Both the position numbers and the translations under genes were made by a program. From an uncultured Jatrophihabitantaceae bacterium (GTDB lineage: Bacteria; Actinomycetota; Actinomycetes; Mycobacteriales; Jatrophihabitantaceae), in NCBI GenBank assembly GCA_964236495.1, contig CAXSBR010000002.1, forward strand, positions 54,471-118,470: a DNA stretch of 64,000 bases. The letters are read 5' to 3'. Under the pieces are notes generated by a model. That model was not told the DNA's origin and made no database searches. It saw only the letters and a list, made by a program, of their open reading frames with translations. This document shows positions 32,128-41,027 of this stretch, in pieces. The first letter of the stretch is position 1. Each line of letters starts with the position of its first letter.

Positions 32128-34020
32128 GTGTGCGGTCTGATCGGATTCCTGTCCAGCGGCGGTGCGGCAGCGGCCGTTCATCCCGGCATCGACGCGTCCC
32201 TGCCCGACATGCGCCACCGCGGTCCGGACGAACGAGGCACCTGGCACGACGACGACGTGGCGTTCGGCTTCAACCGATTGTCCTTCATCGACCTGGAGCA
32301 TTCGCACCAGCCGCTGCCCTACCTACAGGGCCGCTACGAGCTGGTGTTCAACGGCGAGATCTACAACTACCTCGAGTTGAGGGAACGTCTGCGCGCGGAG
32401 TTCGGCGCCGAGTTTGCCACCGAGGGTGACGGCGAGGCGATCGTCGCGGCCTACCACTACCTGGGTGTCGACTGCGTGCGCGAGCTGCGCGGCATGTTCG
32501 CGTTCCTCATCTGGGACAGCCAGGAGCAGGTGCTGTTCGGTGCCCGGGACTGGTTCGGGATCAAGCCGATGTACACCCTCACCGACGAGCGCGGCACGTT
32601 CTTCGCCAGCGAGAAAAAGTGCCTGCTCGACATCGCCGGCGCGTCGGCGGGCACCGTGGACACCACGGCCCTGCAGCACTACCTCACGTTGCAGTACGTC
32701 CCCGAGCCCGCGTCGATGCACACCGGCATCCGCCGCGTGGAGTCGGGCACCTACTTCACGCTGCGTCCGGGCGGCAAGCTGCTGCCGCGCCGGTATTTCC
32801 AGCCTGACTTCACCGCCACCACCACCCAGCCCGTCGAGCTGTACCGCCGCATCGCAGACGCGCTCGAGGATTCGGTCGCCAAGCACATGCGCTCGGACGT
32901 CACAGTCGGTGCGTTCCTGTCCGGCGGCATCGACTCCACCGCCACCGCGGCACTGGCCAAGCGGCACAATCCGAACCTGCTGACGTTCACCACCGGTTTC
33001 GAGCGCCAGGGCTTCTCCGAGATCGACGTCGCGGCGGAATCCGCCGCGGCCATCGGCGTTCAGCACATCACCAAGGTCGTGAGCCCGCAGGAGTTCATGG
33101 ACGCGCTGCCGCTGATCGTCTGGTACCTCGACGACCCGGTAGCCGATCCGGCGCTGGTGCCGCTGTACTTCATCGCCCGGGAGGCGCGCAAACACGTCAA
33201 GGTGGTGCTGTCGGGCGAAGGTGCCGACGAGCTGTTCGGCGGATACACGATCTACCGCGAACCGATCTCGCTCCGTGCGTTCGACCGCGTGCCCGGTGTG
33301 GCTCGTTCGGCGCTGGGCAGGCTGAGCACCCGACTGCCCGAAGGCTTGCGCGGCAAGGACCTGCTGCGCCGGGGCGCAATCGGAATCGAGGACCGCTACT
33401 ACGGCAATGCCCGGATCTTCCGGCCCGAGGAGATGGGCTTCTACCGCCGCTACGACCCGGCGGTGTCTCACACCGACGTCACCAAGGCGCACTACCTGGC
33501 CAGCTCCCACCTGGACGACACCGCTCGCATGCAGTACGTCGACCTGTTCACCTGGCTGCGCGGGGACATTCTGGTGAAGGCCGACAAGATGACGATGGCC
33601 AACTCCCTCGAACTGCGGGTGCCGTTCCTGGACATCGAGGTGTTCGACGTCGCCTCCGGGATCGGCCTGGATCAGAAGATCACAAAAGAGACCACCAAAT
33701 ACGCGCTGCGCCAGGCGCTGCGCGACATCGTTCCCGCCCACGTCCTCAACCGCGCCAAGCTCGGCTTTCCGGTGCCGATCCGGCACTGGCTCAAAGACGA
33801 AATGTATGAGTGGGCGCGCGACATCATCGTCTCGTCCCAGTCCGACGAGCTGATCGATCCGGCGTTCGCGCTACGCCTGCTCGACGCCCATCGCACCGGC
33901 CCGCACGACTACTCGCGCAAGATCTGGACGCTGCTGGTGTTCTTCGTATGGCATGGCATCTTCGTCGAGGACCGGATCAAGGTCGACGTGCCCGAGCCGC
34001 AATACCCCGTGCGGATCTGA
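32128..34020 (+). CDS. asnB: asparagine synthase (glutamine-hydrolysing)
   Basis: GTG start giving MCGLIGF with the N-terminal nucleophile Cys. The PP-loop SGGIDS is present. 630 aa. Confidence 0.9.
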   Translation: MCGLIGFLSSGGAAAAVHPGIDASLPDMRHRGPDERGTWHDDDVAFGFNRLSFIDLEHSHQPLPYLQGRYELVFNGEIYNYLELRERLRAEFGAEFATEGDGEAIVAAYHYLGVDCVRELRGMFAFLIWDSQEQVLFGARDWFGIKPMYTLTDERGTFFASEKKCLLDIAGASAGTVDTTALQHYLTLQYVPEPASMHTGIRRVESGTYFTLRPGGKLLPRRYFQPDFTATTTQPVELYRRIADALEDSVAKHMRSDVTVGAFLSGGIDSTATAALAKRHNPNLLTFTTGFERQGFSEIDVAAESAAAIGVQHITKVVSPQEFMDALPLIVWYLDDPVADPALVPLYFIAREARKHVKVVLSGEGADELFGGYTIYREPISLRAFDRVPGVARSALGRLSTRLPEGLRGKDLLRRGAIGIEDRYYGNARIFRPEEMGFYRRYDPAVSHTDVTKAHYLASSHLDDTARMQYVDLFTWLRGDILVKADKMTMANSLELRVPFLDIEVFDVASGIGLDQKITKETTKYALRQALRDIVPAHVLNRAKLGFPVPIRHWLKDEMYEWARDIIVSSQSDELIDPAFALRLLDAHRTGPHDYSRKIWTLLVFFVWHGIFVEDRIKVDVPEPQYPVRI

Positions 34021-34023
34021 CCC

Positions 34024-34605
34024 ATGCGGATTCGACCCATGCGACTGATGCCGCGATGGGCGCGTCGGGGGCCGGCGTCTGCGCCGCCTACTGCGCCCAC
34101 TCCTGGGCCCACTCCTGGGCCCACCCCTGGGCCCACCCCTGGGCCCACTCCTAGGACCACCCCTAGGCCCGTCCCTGGGCCCACTCCTCCGCCCACTCTC
34201 GGCTCGACCTCAGAACCGGTGTGGGGCTACGACCCCCACGACGACGGACGACCCGATCCCGGTGAGATCGTCTGGACGTGGGTGCCGTACGAAGATGATG
34301 CGAGCCAGGGCAAGGACCGCCCGGTGCTGCTGATCGGGCGGCAGGGAACCGATCTGGTCGGGCTCTACCTCACCAGCAAGGACCATGATCGCGACGCCGC
34401 CCAGGAGGCGCACGCAGGCCGGTTCTGGATGGACGTCGGTGCCGGCGCCTGGGATCGGCGCGGCCGCCCCAGCGAGGTGCGATTGGACCGGCTGCTGGTG
34501 ATCGACCCCGCCGGCGTGCGCCGCGAGGGCGCCACTATTGCAGAACCGCAGTTCGACGCCGTCGTCGCCGCGGCCCGTGCCGCGCACGCGATCGGACCTG
34601 GGTGA
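34024..34605 (+). CDS. PemK/MazF-fold protein with an N-terminal (PTPG)n low-complexity extension
   Basis: The core DGRPDPGEIVWTWVPYEDDASQGKDRPVLLIGR is typical of actinobacterial PemK-like proteins. The start is uncertain: ATG at 34024, or GTG at 34219 which would exclude the repeat. Confidence 0.65.
   Translation: MRIRPMRLMPRWARRGPASAPPTAPTPGPTPGPTPGPTPGPTPRTTPRPVPGPTPPPTLGSTSEPVWGYDPHDDGRPDPGEIVWTWVPYEDDASQGKDRPVLLIGRQGTDLVGLYLTSKDHDRDAAQEAHAGRFWMDVGAGAWDRRGRPSEVRLDRLLVIDPAGVRREGATIAEPQFDAVVAAARAAHAIGPG
34095..34202 (+). repeat. 12-bp tandem repeat, 9 copies (GCCCACYCCTGG)
   Basis: Read directly. In the 34024 frame it encodes PTPGPTPGPTPGPTPGPTPRTTPRPVPGPTPPPT. Confidence 0.85.
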
Positions 34606-34678
34606 ACGCCGGTATCCGACCCATCGGTAGTCCGTCAGCAGAACCCGCGCCCGGTAGTCATCGGCGCGGGCCAGCGGC

Positions 34679-35653
34679 TCAGGCCGGAAGGTACTGGCGC
34701 ACCTCGTCGGCGGCCACGGCGCCGTAGGAGTCGGCCAGGCGCCGCGCAAACTCGTCACCGACGATGTCGTACTCCTGGGTGCCGAGCTGCTCCAGCACGA
34801 TGGCGGCCAGCAGGTTGCCGACCTGAGCCGACCGTTCCCAGCCCAGGCCCCAGCCGCGCGCGGACAGGAAGCCCGCCCGGAATCCGTCGCCGACGCCGGT
34901 GGGATCGACCTTGGCCAGTTCCTGAGCGGCCGGTACGTGCACCGGCGCGAAGTCCTTACCGACGATCTCGACGCCTTTGCTGCCCAACGTCGTTACCCGC
35001 ACCTCGATCCGCTCGGCTATCTCCCCCTCGGACAGCCCGGACTTGCTCTCCAGCAGCTCCTTCTCGTAGGCATTGGTGAACAGCAGCTGCGCGCCGGTGA
35101 TCAGCTCCAGCGCCTGCTCGCCCGACAGCCACGCCAGCTGCTGAGACGGGTCGGAGGCAAAGGCGTAGCCGCGCGCTCGACACTCCTGGGTGTGCCGGCG
35201 CATCGCCTCGGGATCGTCGGCGCTGATGACGACGAGGTCCGCGCCGGTGGCGGTGACGACGGGCCTGAGCTCGATCGTGCGGGCATCGCTCATCGCACCG
35301 GCGTAGAAGGACGCGATCTGGTTCATGTCGGCGTCAGTGGTGCAGACGAAGCGGGCAGTGTGTTTGTCGGGCGACACGTGGATGTGATCGCAGTCCACGC
35401 CGTGGCGCTCCAGCCAGGAGCGGTAGTCGGCGAAATCGCTGCCCACGGCGCCGAGCAGCACGGGACGTTGACCGAATTGGCCCATGCCGTAGGCGATATT
35501 GGCCGCTACGCCGCCGCGGCGAATCACGAGGTCGTCGACGAGGAACGACAGCGACACCTGGTGCAGCTGATCAGCCAGTAACTGGTCGGCGAATCGGCCC
35601 GGAAAGTGCATCAGGTGATCGGTGGCGATGGATCCGGCGAGGACGGCAGGCAC
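34679..35653 (-). CDS. adoK: PfkB-family carbohydrate/adenosine kinase
   Basis: GTG start. LAGSIATDHLMHFPGRFADQLL..VSLSFLVDDL closely matches the Rv2202c N-terminus. The C-terminal DPTGVGD motif is present. Confidence 0.85.
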   Translation of the reverse strand: MPAVLAGSIATDHLMHFPGRFADQLLADQLHQVSLSFLVDDLVIRRGGVAANIAYGMGQFGQRPVLLGAVGSDFADYRSWLERHGVDCDHIHVSPDKHTARFVCTTDADMNQIASFYAGAMSDARTIELRPVVTATGADLVVISADDPEAMRRHTQECRARGYAFASDPSQQLAWLSGEQALELITGAQLLFTNAYEKELLESKSGLSEGEIAERIEVRVTTLGSKGVEIVGKDFAPVHVPAAQELAKVDPTGVGDGFRAGFLSARGWGLGWERSAQVGNLLAAIVLEQLGTQEYDIVGDEFARRLADSYGAVAADEVRQYLPA

Positions 35654-35787
35654 GTCGGCTGAGGCTACCCGACACCGGCGACCAGGCCGTGCTTCGACCC
35701 AGCCGGTGATCCAACTGCAGCCGGGGCATGCTTACAGGCCGGCGCACAAAGGCGCCGGCCTGTAAGTCAGTACTACGTGGGCTGAGC

Positions 35788-36180
35788 TCAGCCGCAGAAG
35801 GAGTTACCGCACGCGCAGCCGCCGCCGGCGTTCGGGTTGTCGATCTCGAAACCCTGCTTCTCGATGGTGTCGGTGTAACTGATCTCGGCGCCGCCGAGGT
35901 ACGGCGCACTCATGCGATCCACGATCAGCGGCACACCGTCCTGGTCGATCTGGACGTCGCCGTCGAGCACGCGCTCGTCGAAGAACAGCTGGTACTGCAT
36001 GCCTGAGCAGCCGCCGGGCTGAACGGCGATGCGCAGGCGGAGGTCGTCGCGGCCTTCCGAGGCGAGCAAATCTCGCACCTTGACCGCAGCGTGCGCGGTG
36101 AGTGTGACGGTGGTGGTGTCGGCCGGACCTTCGACGATCTCGGTGACCTCGGCGGCGGTGGTGGTGTCCTGAACGGTCAT
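35788..36180 (-). CDS. erpA: HesB/IscA-type iron-sulfur cluster insertion protein
   Basis: 130 aa with GGCSG and a C-terminal CACGNSF motif. AGAGGAG lies upstream of the start. Confidence 0.85.
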   Translation of the reverse strand: MTVQDTTTAAEVTEIVEGPADTTTVTLTAHAAVKVRDLLASEGRDDLRLRIAVQPGGCSGMQYQLFFDERVLDGDVQIDQDGVPLIVDRMSAPYLGGAEISYTDTIEKQGFEIDNPNAGGGCACGNSFCG

Positions 36181-36370
36181 GACGCTCCTCTATTCGGCGT
36201 GCCTCGGCCTGCGGAAAATGCTCACGTGCCGGCACCTGCAGTGGTGCTGACTAAGTGTGACGTCGGGCGCTGCGGTGGTATTCCCGCCGCGCTGTGAACG
36301 CTGCATGCAGTGGATCTGGAGTGAGGTTGTTCCGCTCTTCACTGTACCCAGCGCACCAGGTTCGGTCGGC

Positions 36371-37486
36371 TCAGGACAGAGTGATGACCCCCGCTGATTC
36401 CGATACAGGCACGGGCACCAGATTTGTATTGGCCGGACCGTGCTGCACTACGCCGGCGGCAGTGAACGTCGATCTGTGACAGGGGCACACGAAGCCGCTG
36501 GATGCCGACTCGAACGTCACCGCACATCCCTGGTGCGGGCAGGCCGCGTCGAGGGCGGTGTACTTGCCCGCGCTCAACTGCAGCACCCAGACCGGTTTGC
36601 CGGTCACCGGGTCGTCCACCTGCTTGGCTCCGCCTACCGGCACATCGGCGGCTTTGGCTAGAACCTTCTTTGCCGCCGCAGACGTTCGAGCAGCAGACGT
36701 TCGGCCACCAGCCGTCGGCGCTGTCGTTGCCGCCGATTCCGGCGCTGCCGTCGACGTTCCTGCCGGCGCTGCCGTCGTCGCGCCGGTGCTCGAGGCGGGC
36801 GGCGAGCCAGCCGTTGATGGCGTGAGCGGGCTCGCCGGGGTTGATCCCGCAGCGGGCACACCTCCTCCGGCGGTGACCTTCGACGTGCCGCGGGCCAGGG
36901 CCGCTCCGGCCACCGCGATCAGCCCCGCCCCGGCGGCGATCCCGGTCAGGATCGCCCGCCGGGTGCGATCGACCGGCGTTGCTCGTAGCCGCGCGTCGGC
37001 GGCCGTCTGTTGCCGGTTCGACGCGGCCAGCCACGCATCGGCCGACCAGGGCGTAGCTCGCGACAGCAGCAACGGAGTGAACGCGAGCGCATAGCCGATG
37101 TCGGCGCCGGTGTACCACGGATCGGCACCCCAGCTGACGGTGAGAAAGAGCGACAGCGAGAGCACGATGCCGCCGAGGGCTGCGATGCGGTGGAAGAGAC
37201 CGGCGATCGTGCCGATGCCCACCGCGATCTCGCCCAACGCCATCACGATGCCGAACACCGCCGAATGGTCGACGACGGGACCCAGCAGCGACCCCACCGG
37301 GCTGGCCGACTTCACCGCGACCACGGAGGCGTGCATCGACAGCGGGGAGGAGTCGTCGAGGAACGTCCGGTCGGCGATCTTGGACAGCCCGGCGTAGAGG
37401 AACACGACGCCGAGAAACGCACGCAGCGGCAGCAGTGCCGACAGCGGATCCTGGCGCCAGGGGCGCACGGCGAAGCGCTCAGCCAT
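36371..37486 (-). CDS. DoxX-like membrane domain fused to a C-terminal Rieske [2Fe-2S] domain
   Basis: 371 aa. The N-terminal roughly 150 aa are DoxX/DoxD-like (LPLRAFLGVVFLYAGLSKI). An internal RRAILTGIAAGAGLIAVAG motif and an S/T/A/P linker follow, then CPHQGC and CPCHRSTF. Confidence 0.75.
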   Translation of the reverse strand: MAERFAVRPWRQDPLSALLPLRAFLGVVFLYAGLSKIADRTFLDDSSPLSMHASVVAVKSASPVGSLLGPVVDHSAVFGIVMALGEIAVGIGTIAGLFHRIAALGGIVLSLSLFLTVSWGADPWYTGADIGYALAFTPLLLSRATPWSADAWLAASNRQQTAADARLRATPVDRTRRAILTGIAAGAGLIAVAGAALARGTSKVTAGGGVPAAGSTPASPLTPSTAGSPPASSTGATTAAPAGTSTAAPESAATTAPTAGGRTSAARTSAAAKKVLAKAADVPVGGAKQVDDPVTGKPVWVLQLSAGKYTALDAACPHQGCAVTFESASSGFVCPCHRSTFTAAGVVQHGPANTNLVPVPVSESAGVITLS

Positions 37487-37594
37487 AACGTCGGTCCCAT
37501 TTCCTCGATGCCGCGCGAGCGGTGTTCATACAGGATCCTGGGCCGAGCTGAGAAACACCTGTGCCTACCGCTTGGGCGGACGGCAGCGTTCCGT

Positions 37595-37693
37595 TACGGG
37601 CTCCGCGCCTCGCTCCTTCGTCGCTCGATGCTCACCCGCTGCGCTTTCTACGGGCTCCGCGCCTCGCTCCTTCGTCGCTCGATGCTCACCCGC
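37595..37693 (-). repeat. MIRU-like repeat, 2 copies, 54-bp period (45-bp identical core plus 9-bp spacer)
   Basis: TACGGGCTCCGCGCCTCGCTCCTTCGTCGCTCGATGCTCACCCGC occurs at 37595-37639 and 37649-37693. It lies in the divergent intergenic region between 37486 and 37729. Confidence 0.9.
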
Positions 37694-37728
37694 GGTAATC
37701 GGCGCCTGGTGCAGCTAACCTCTCTCCC

Positions 37729-38409
37729 GTGAAGGTGCCTCTGCTGCGAACGAAGTCGAATCCCGAGCCTGAGTCGGTTGCGCCGTCGGCCGGCACCGCC
37801 CCCGACCCGCGAGCGGCCGACCAGCGCACGGCCGACCAGCGCGCTGCGAAGGGGCGGCCGACTCCCAAGCGGCGCGACTCCGAGGTGCGCCAGGGTCCGG
37901 TTGCCCCGGCGCCCAAGACGCGGCGCGAAGCACTGGCGCGCCAGCGCACCTTGGCCAAGACAGCCCAGAGCTCGCCACGGGGTGGAGGAGCGACCGCACT
38001 GACCGCCGCCGAACGCCGACAACGACTGCAGGCCGGCGATCCGGCCTACCTACCTAGGCGCGACGCCGGTCCACTGCGGGCGTTGGCCCGCGATTACGTC
38101 GACTCCCACCGCATGTTCTCCAACCTGCTGTTGCTGCTGTTTCCCATCAGCTTGCTCACCGTGCTCGCTCGACCGCTGGGTAGCCATGCGATCGGAGCAC
38201 TGAACTTCGTGGTGGTGGCACTGCTTCTTGTCGTCTTTGCCGAATGGGTGTTCACCGGGCGGCGCGTGCTGGCCATCGCCAAGGAACGCGGCATCGACCC
38301 GGGCCGCGACGGCGCGCTGCAGATCGGCGCCTACGCGGGCATGCGCGCGTATCTGCCGCGGCGGTGGCGCCTGCCCCGAGCGCGGGTCGGCAGAGGCGCC
38401 AAGATCTGA
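37729..38409 (+). CDS. DUF3043 domain-containing membrane protein (Rv2206 family)
   Basis: GTG start. The motif KGRPTPKRRDSE is followed by two TM helices. Synteny supports the call. Confidence 0.8.
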   Translation: MKVPLLRTKSNPEPESVAPSAGTAPDPRAADQRTADQRAAKGRPTPKRRDSEVRQGPVAPAPKTRREALARQRTLAKTAQSSPRGGGATALTAAERRQRLQAGDPAYLPRRDAGPLRALARDYVDSHRMFSNLLLLLFPISLLTVLARPLGSHAIGALNFVVVALLLVVFAEWVFTGRRVLAIAKERGIDPGRDGALQIGAYAGMRAYLPRRWRLPRARVGRGAKI

Positions 38410-38486
38410 GACCGGCTTGCTAGACATGTCGGCGCTACCCGTCGGCCGGCCGCATACGCAGATCCCCGGTGCGGTTCTATAGGAGC

Positions 38487-39467
38487 ATGAACTTTCGACG
38501 ACTCGGCCAGAGCGGCCTGTCCATCAGCGAGATCGCCTACGGCAATTGGTTGACCCACGCCGGACAGGTGGAGGAGGACGCCGCGCACGCGTGCGTACGT
38601 GCTGCCCTGGACTGCGGAATCACCACCTTCGACACCGCCGACACCTACGCCAACACCGGTGCCGAAGCCGTGCTGGGTCGCGCCCTGCAGGGCGAGCGGC
38701 GTGAATCGCTGGAGATTTTCACCAAGGTCTTCTTCCCCACCGGGCCGATGGGCCCCAACGACCGTGGCTTGAGCCGCAAGCACATCTTCGAGGCCATCGA
38801 CGGATCGCTGCAGCGGCTGCAGACCGACTACGTCGACCTCTATCAGGCCCATCGTTACGACTCCTCGACGCCGCTGGAGGAGACGATGCTGGCCTTCGCC
38901 GACGTCGTTCGGGCGGGCAAGGCGCTCTACATCGGCGTGTCGGAATGGACGGCCGACCAGCTGCGCGACGCCGCCGTGCTGGCGCACGAGTTCAAGGTCC
39001 CGCTGGTGTCCAACCAGCCGCAGTACAGCATGCTGTGGCGCGTCATCGAACCGCGCATCGTGCCGACGTCGCGCGAGCTGGGAATCGGCCAGGTCGTGTT
39101 CTCCCCCATCGCGCAAGGCATCCTGACCGGCAAGTACCAGCCAGGAGCCGCGCCGCCGGCGGGCTCGCGCGCCACCGCCGAAGGTGCCAAGGACTTCATG
39201 CAGCGCTTCTTCGAGCAGCAGGGACTGCTCGAGGCGGTGCAGAACCTCAAGCCGATCGCCGAGGAGTTGGGGCTGTCCATGGCGGCGCTGGCCGTGGCCT
39301 GGGTGCTGCAGAACGACAACGTGTCAGCGGCGATCATCGGCGCCAGCCGCCCCGAACAGGTGGTGGATAACGCCAAGGCCGCCGGGGTGAACCTCGAGGC
39401 CGAGGTGCTGAGGCGGATCGACGAGGCGCTGGCCGGGTTCATCACCACCGACGCGCCCAGCGCCTGA
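38487..39467 (+). CDS. aldo/keto reductase
   Basis: ATG at 38487 gives MNFRRLGQSGLSISEIAYG. The protein has DTADTY, a catalytic Y/K context and IIGASRPEQ. An upstream GTG at 38469 is also possible. Confidence 0.85.
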   Translation: MNFRRLGQSGLSISEIAYGNWLTHAGQVEEDAAHACVRAALDCGITTFDTADTYANTGAEAVLGRALQGERRESLEIFTKVFFPTGPMGPNDRGLSRKHIFEAIDGSLQRLQTDYVDLYQAHRYDSSTPLEETMLAFADVVRAGKALYIGVSEWTADQLRDAAVLAHEFKVPLVSNQPQYSMLWRVIEPRIVPTSRELGIGQVVFSPIAQGILTGKYQPGAAPPAGSRATAEGAKDFMQRFFEQQGLLEAVQNLKPIAEELGLSMAALAVAWVLQNDNVSAAIIGASRPEQVVDNAKAAGVNLEAEVLRRIDEALAGFITTDAPSA

Positions 39468-39528
39468 CCGGCGCCAGGGCGTGCTCGGCCTGGGGTGATC
39501 GGGCGGCGGCGCCAGCCGAGTAGCAGGG

Positions 39529-39765
39529 TCAGTCGGGCAGCAGGCTCATGTCGTACACCGCGGTTGTGCCGTCGATCAGGGCGACTGCGGTGACGCCGGC
39601 CGCAGCCCACCGGCGCCAGTGCTCGCCGAGGTAGGTCTCGGCGTCACCTTGGGTCGGGAAACTTGCCCCCTGCGCGGTGGCGGCGAGTGCATCGGCGTCG
39701 GCTTCGGGTGCCACCTCGACGTCGGCACCGAGCTCGGACGGCGTGACCTGCCAGTGGAACGCCAC
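39529..39765 (-). CDS. small acidic conserved hypothetical protein
   Basis: GTG at 39765 with GAGAGGAAG seven nt upstream. 78 aa with strong GC3 bias and a ...AETYLGEHWRRWAAAGVTAVALIDG... segment. The rest of the 441-aa ORF is antisense to cobT and is discarded. Confidence 0.55.
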   Translation of the reverse strand: MAFHWQVTPSELGADVEVAPEADADALAATAQGASFPTQGDAETYLGEHWRRWAAAGVTAVALIDGTTAVYDMSLLPD

Positions 39766-39890
39766 CGACCACTTCCTCTCACTCGGACAAGCGGTGCCAT
39801 CGGGCACCGGATGGGGCGAAGCTACCGCGTTCTGCCGGCCGAGGCAGCCGCGACGGACCGCTGGCAGACCCGGCGCTCTACGCTGCCGGA

Positions 39891-41027
39891 GTGACTGCGT
39901 CGTCCTCGCCGGATTCCGAAACCGACGCCGCCGACGCTGAACCCGTTGAACGCTCTGTGGCGGAAGAACAGTTGTCCGTGCTCGAAGCCGCGGCCGCGGA
40001 GATCGGCTGGCCGGACTTCGAGGCCGAGAACGGCGCGCGGGCGCTGCTCGGGCGGTTGGAGGTTCCCGCCGTCGCGCTGGGCCGCCTGCAGGAGCTCGTC
40101 GTCTGGCTCGCCGGTGCCCAGACCCGCTGTCCCCCGCTACCTCCGAGTCGGGTGCGCGTCGTGGTGTTTGCTGCCGACCACGGCGTTGCGGCCTCAGTAC
40201 AGCCGGCGTCCGTTGACGCCAATTCATCGTCCTCGACGTCGGCCCGAGCGCGCTCGCTGGCCGCCGGTCGTGGCCCCGCCGCGGTCTTCGCTCCCTTGGT
40301 AGGCGCCGGAGGCGCCGGCGTGCGGATCGTGGACATCGGTCTGGGCGACGACGAGCCCGGCAGCGATCGGGTGCGCCGCGCCAGCGGACGCATCGACCAC
40401 GGCGACGCTCTGACCGTGGCCGAGGCAGAACAAGCCGTCGCCACCGGCGCGCGCATCGCCGACGAGGAGGTCGACGGCGGCGCGGATCTGCTGATCGCTG
40501 CGAGCATGGGAGCCGGCGCGGACATCGTCGCCGCAGCGCTGGTGTCGGTGCTGACCAACACCGAGCCGGTAAAGGCGCTGGGCTTGGACAGCCGGCTCGA
40601 CGATGCGACGTGGATGCAGGCGATGGCAGTGGTGCGCGACGCGCACCGCTTCGGCGCCGAGAGCCGGTACGACACGCTCGAGCTGCTGAGTCGCATCGGC
40701 GGTGCTGACGTCGCCGCAATGACCGGCTTCCTGCTGCGCGCCGCCGCCCGCCGCACGCCGGTTCTGCTTGACGGGCCGGTGGCGTGCGCGGCCGCCCTGG
40801 CAGCGCGTGACGTGGCACCGCGCGCCATCCGGTGGTGGCAGGCCGGGTCGTCATCGCCGGTGCAGGCGCATCGGTTGGCGCTCGAGGAGCTCCAGCTCCA
40901 CGCCCTGTTGGAACTGGACCTGGACTTCGACCAGGGCGTCGGCGCGCTGCTGGCGGTACCCCTGCTCACCGCGGCGGTGCACGCGGCAACCGATCTGAGC
41001 GCCGCACCGGCCTCAGCGGACGTGTGA
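39891..41027 (+). CDS. cobT: CobT-like (nicotinate-nucleotide--dimethylbenzimidazole phosphoribosyltransferase family) protein with divergent motifs
   Basis: The overall pattern matches the family: [13 protein letters not shown]...[11 protein letters not shown]...GADLLI...[11 protein letters not shown]...PVLLDG. The recalled GIGNTT and GEGTGA motifs read GAGADI and DQGVGA here. Confidence 0.7.
   Translation: MTASSSPDSETDAADAEPVERSVAEEQLSVLEAAAAEIGWPDFEAENGARALLGRLEVPAVALGRLQELVVWLAGAQTRCPPLPPSRVRVVVFAADHGVAASVQPASVDANSSSSTSARARSLAAGRGPAAVFAPLVGAGGAGVRIVDIGLGDDEPGSDRVRRASGRIDHGDALTVAEAEQAVATGARIADEEVDGGADLLIAASMGAGADIVAAALVSVLTNTEPVKALGLDSRLDDATWMQAMAVVRDAHRFGAESRYDTLELLSRIGGADVAAMTGFLLRAAARRTPVLLDGPVACAAALAARDVAPRAIRWWQAGSSSPVQAHRLALEELQLHALLELDLDFDQGVGALLAVPLLTAAVHAATDLSAAPASADV

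Noticed and set aside
31303-32307. N-terminal extension of the ctaC ORF to 645 aa; likewise the extensions of ORFs 5552..6946, 8961..10319, 13304..14650, 13990..15306, 2289..3467, 23893..25140 and 42291..43067
   Set aside because: The extensions overlap neighbouring well-supported genes and lack homology to the respective families. Internal starts that have an SD, stop/start overlap or a signal peptide fit expected protein lengths.
39766-39890. Possible cobalamin riboswitch upstream of cobT (GCTGGCAGACCCGGC resembles a B12 box)
   Set aside because: The region is only about 125 nt and lacks the GGGAA / GGUG..AAUCC / CCCGCAACUG core blocks. The similarity is limited to a GC-rich heptamer.
39766-40854. 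Upstream 363 codons of the 441-aa minus-strand ORF antisense to cobT
   Set aside because: This part is Arg/Pro-rich nonsense antisense to cobT. Only the last 78 codons (39529-39765), which have their own SD and GTG, look like a gene.
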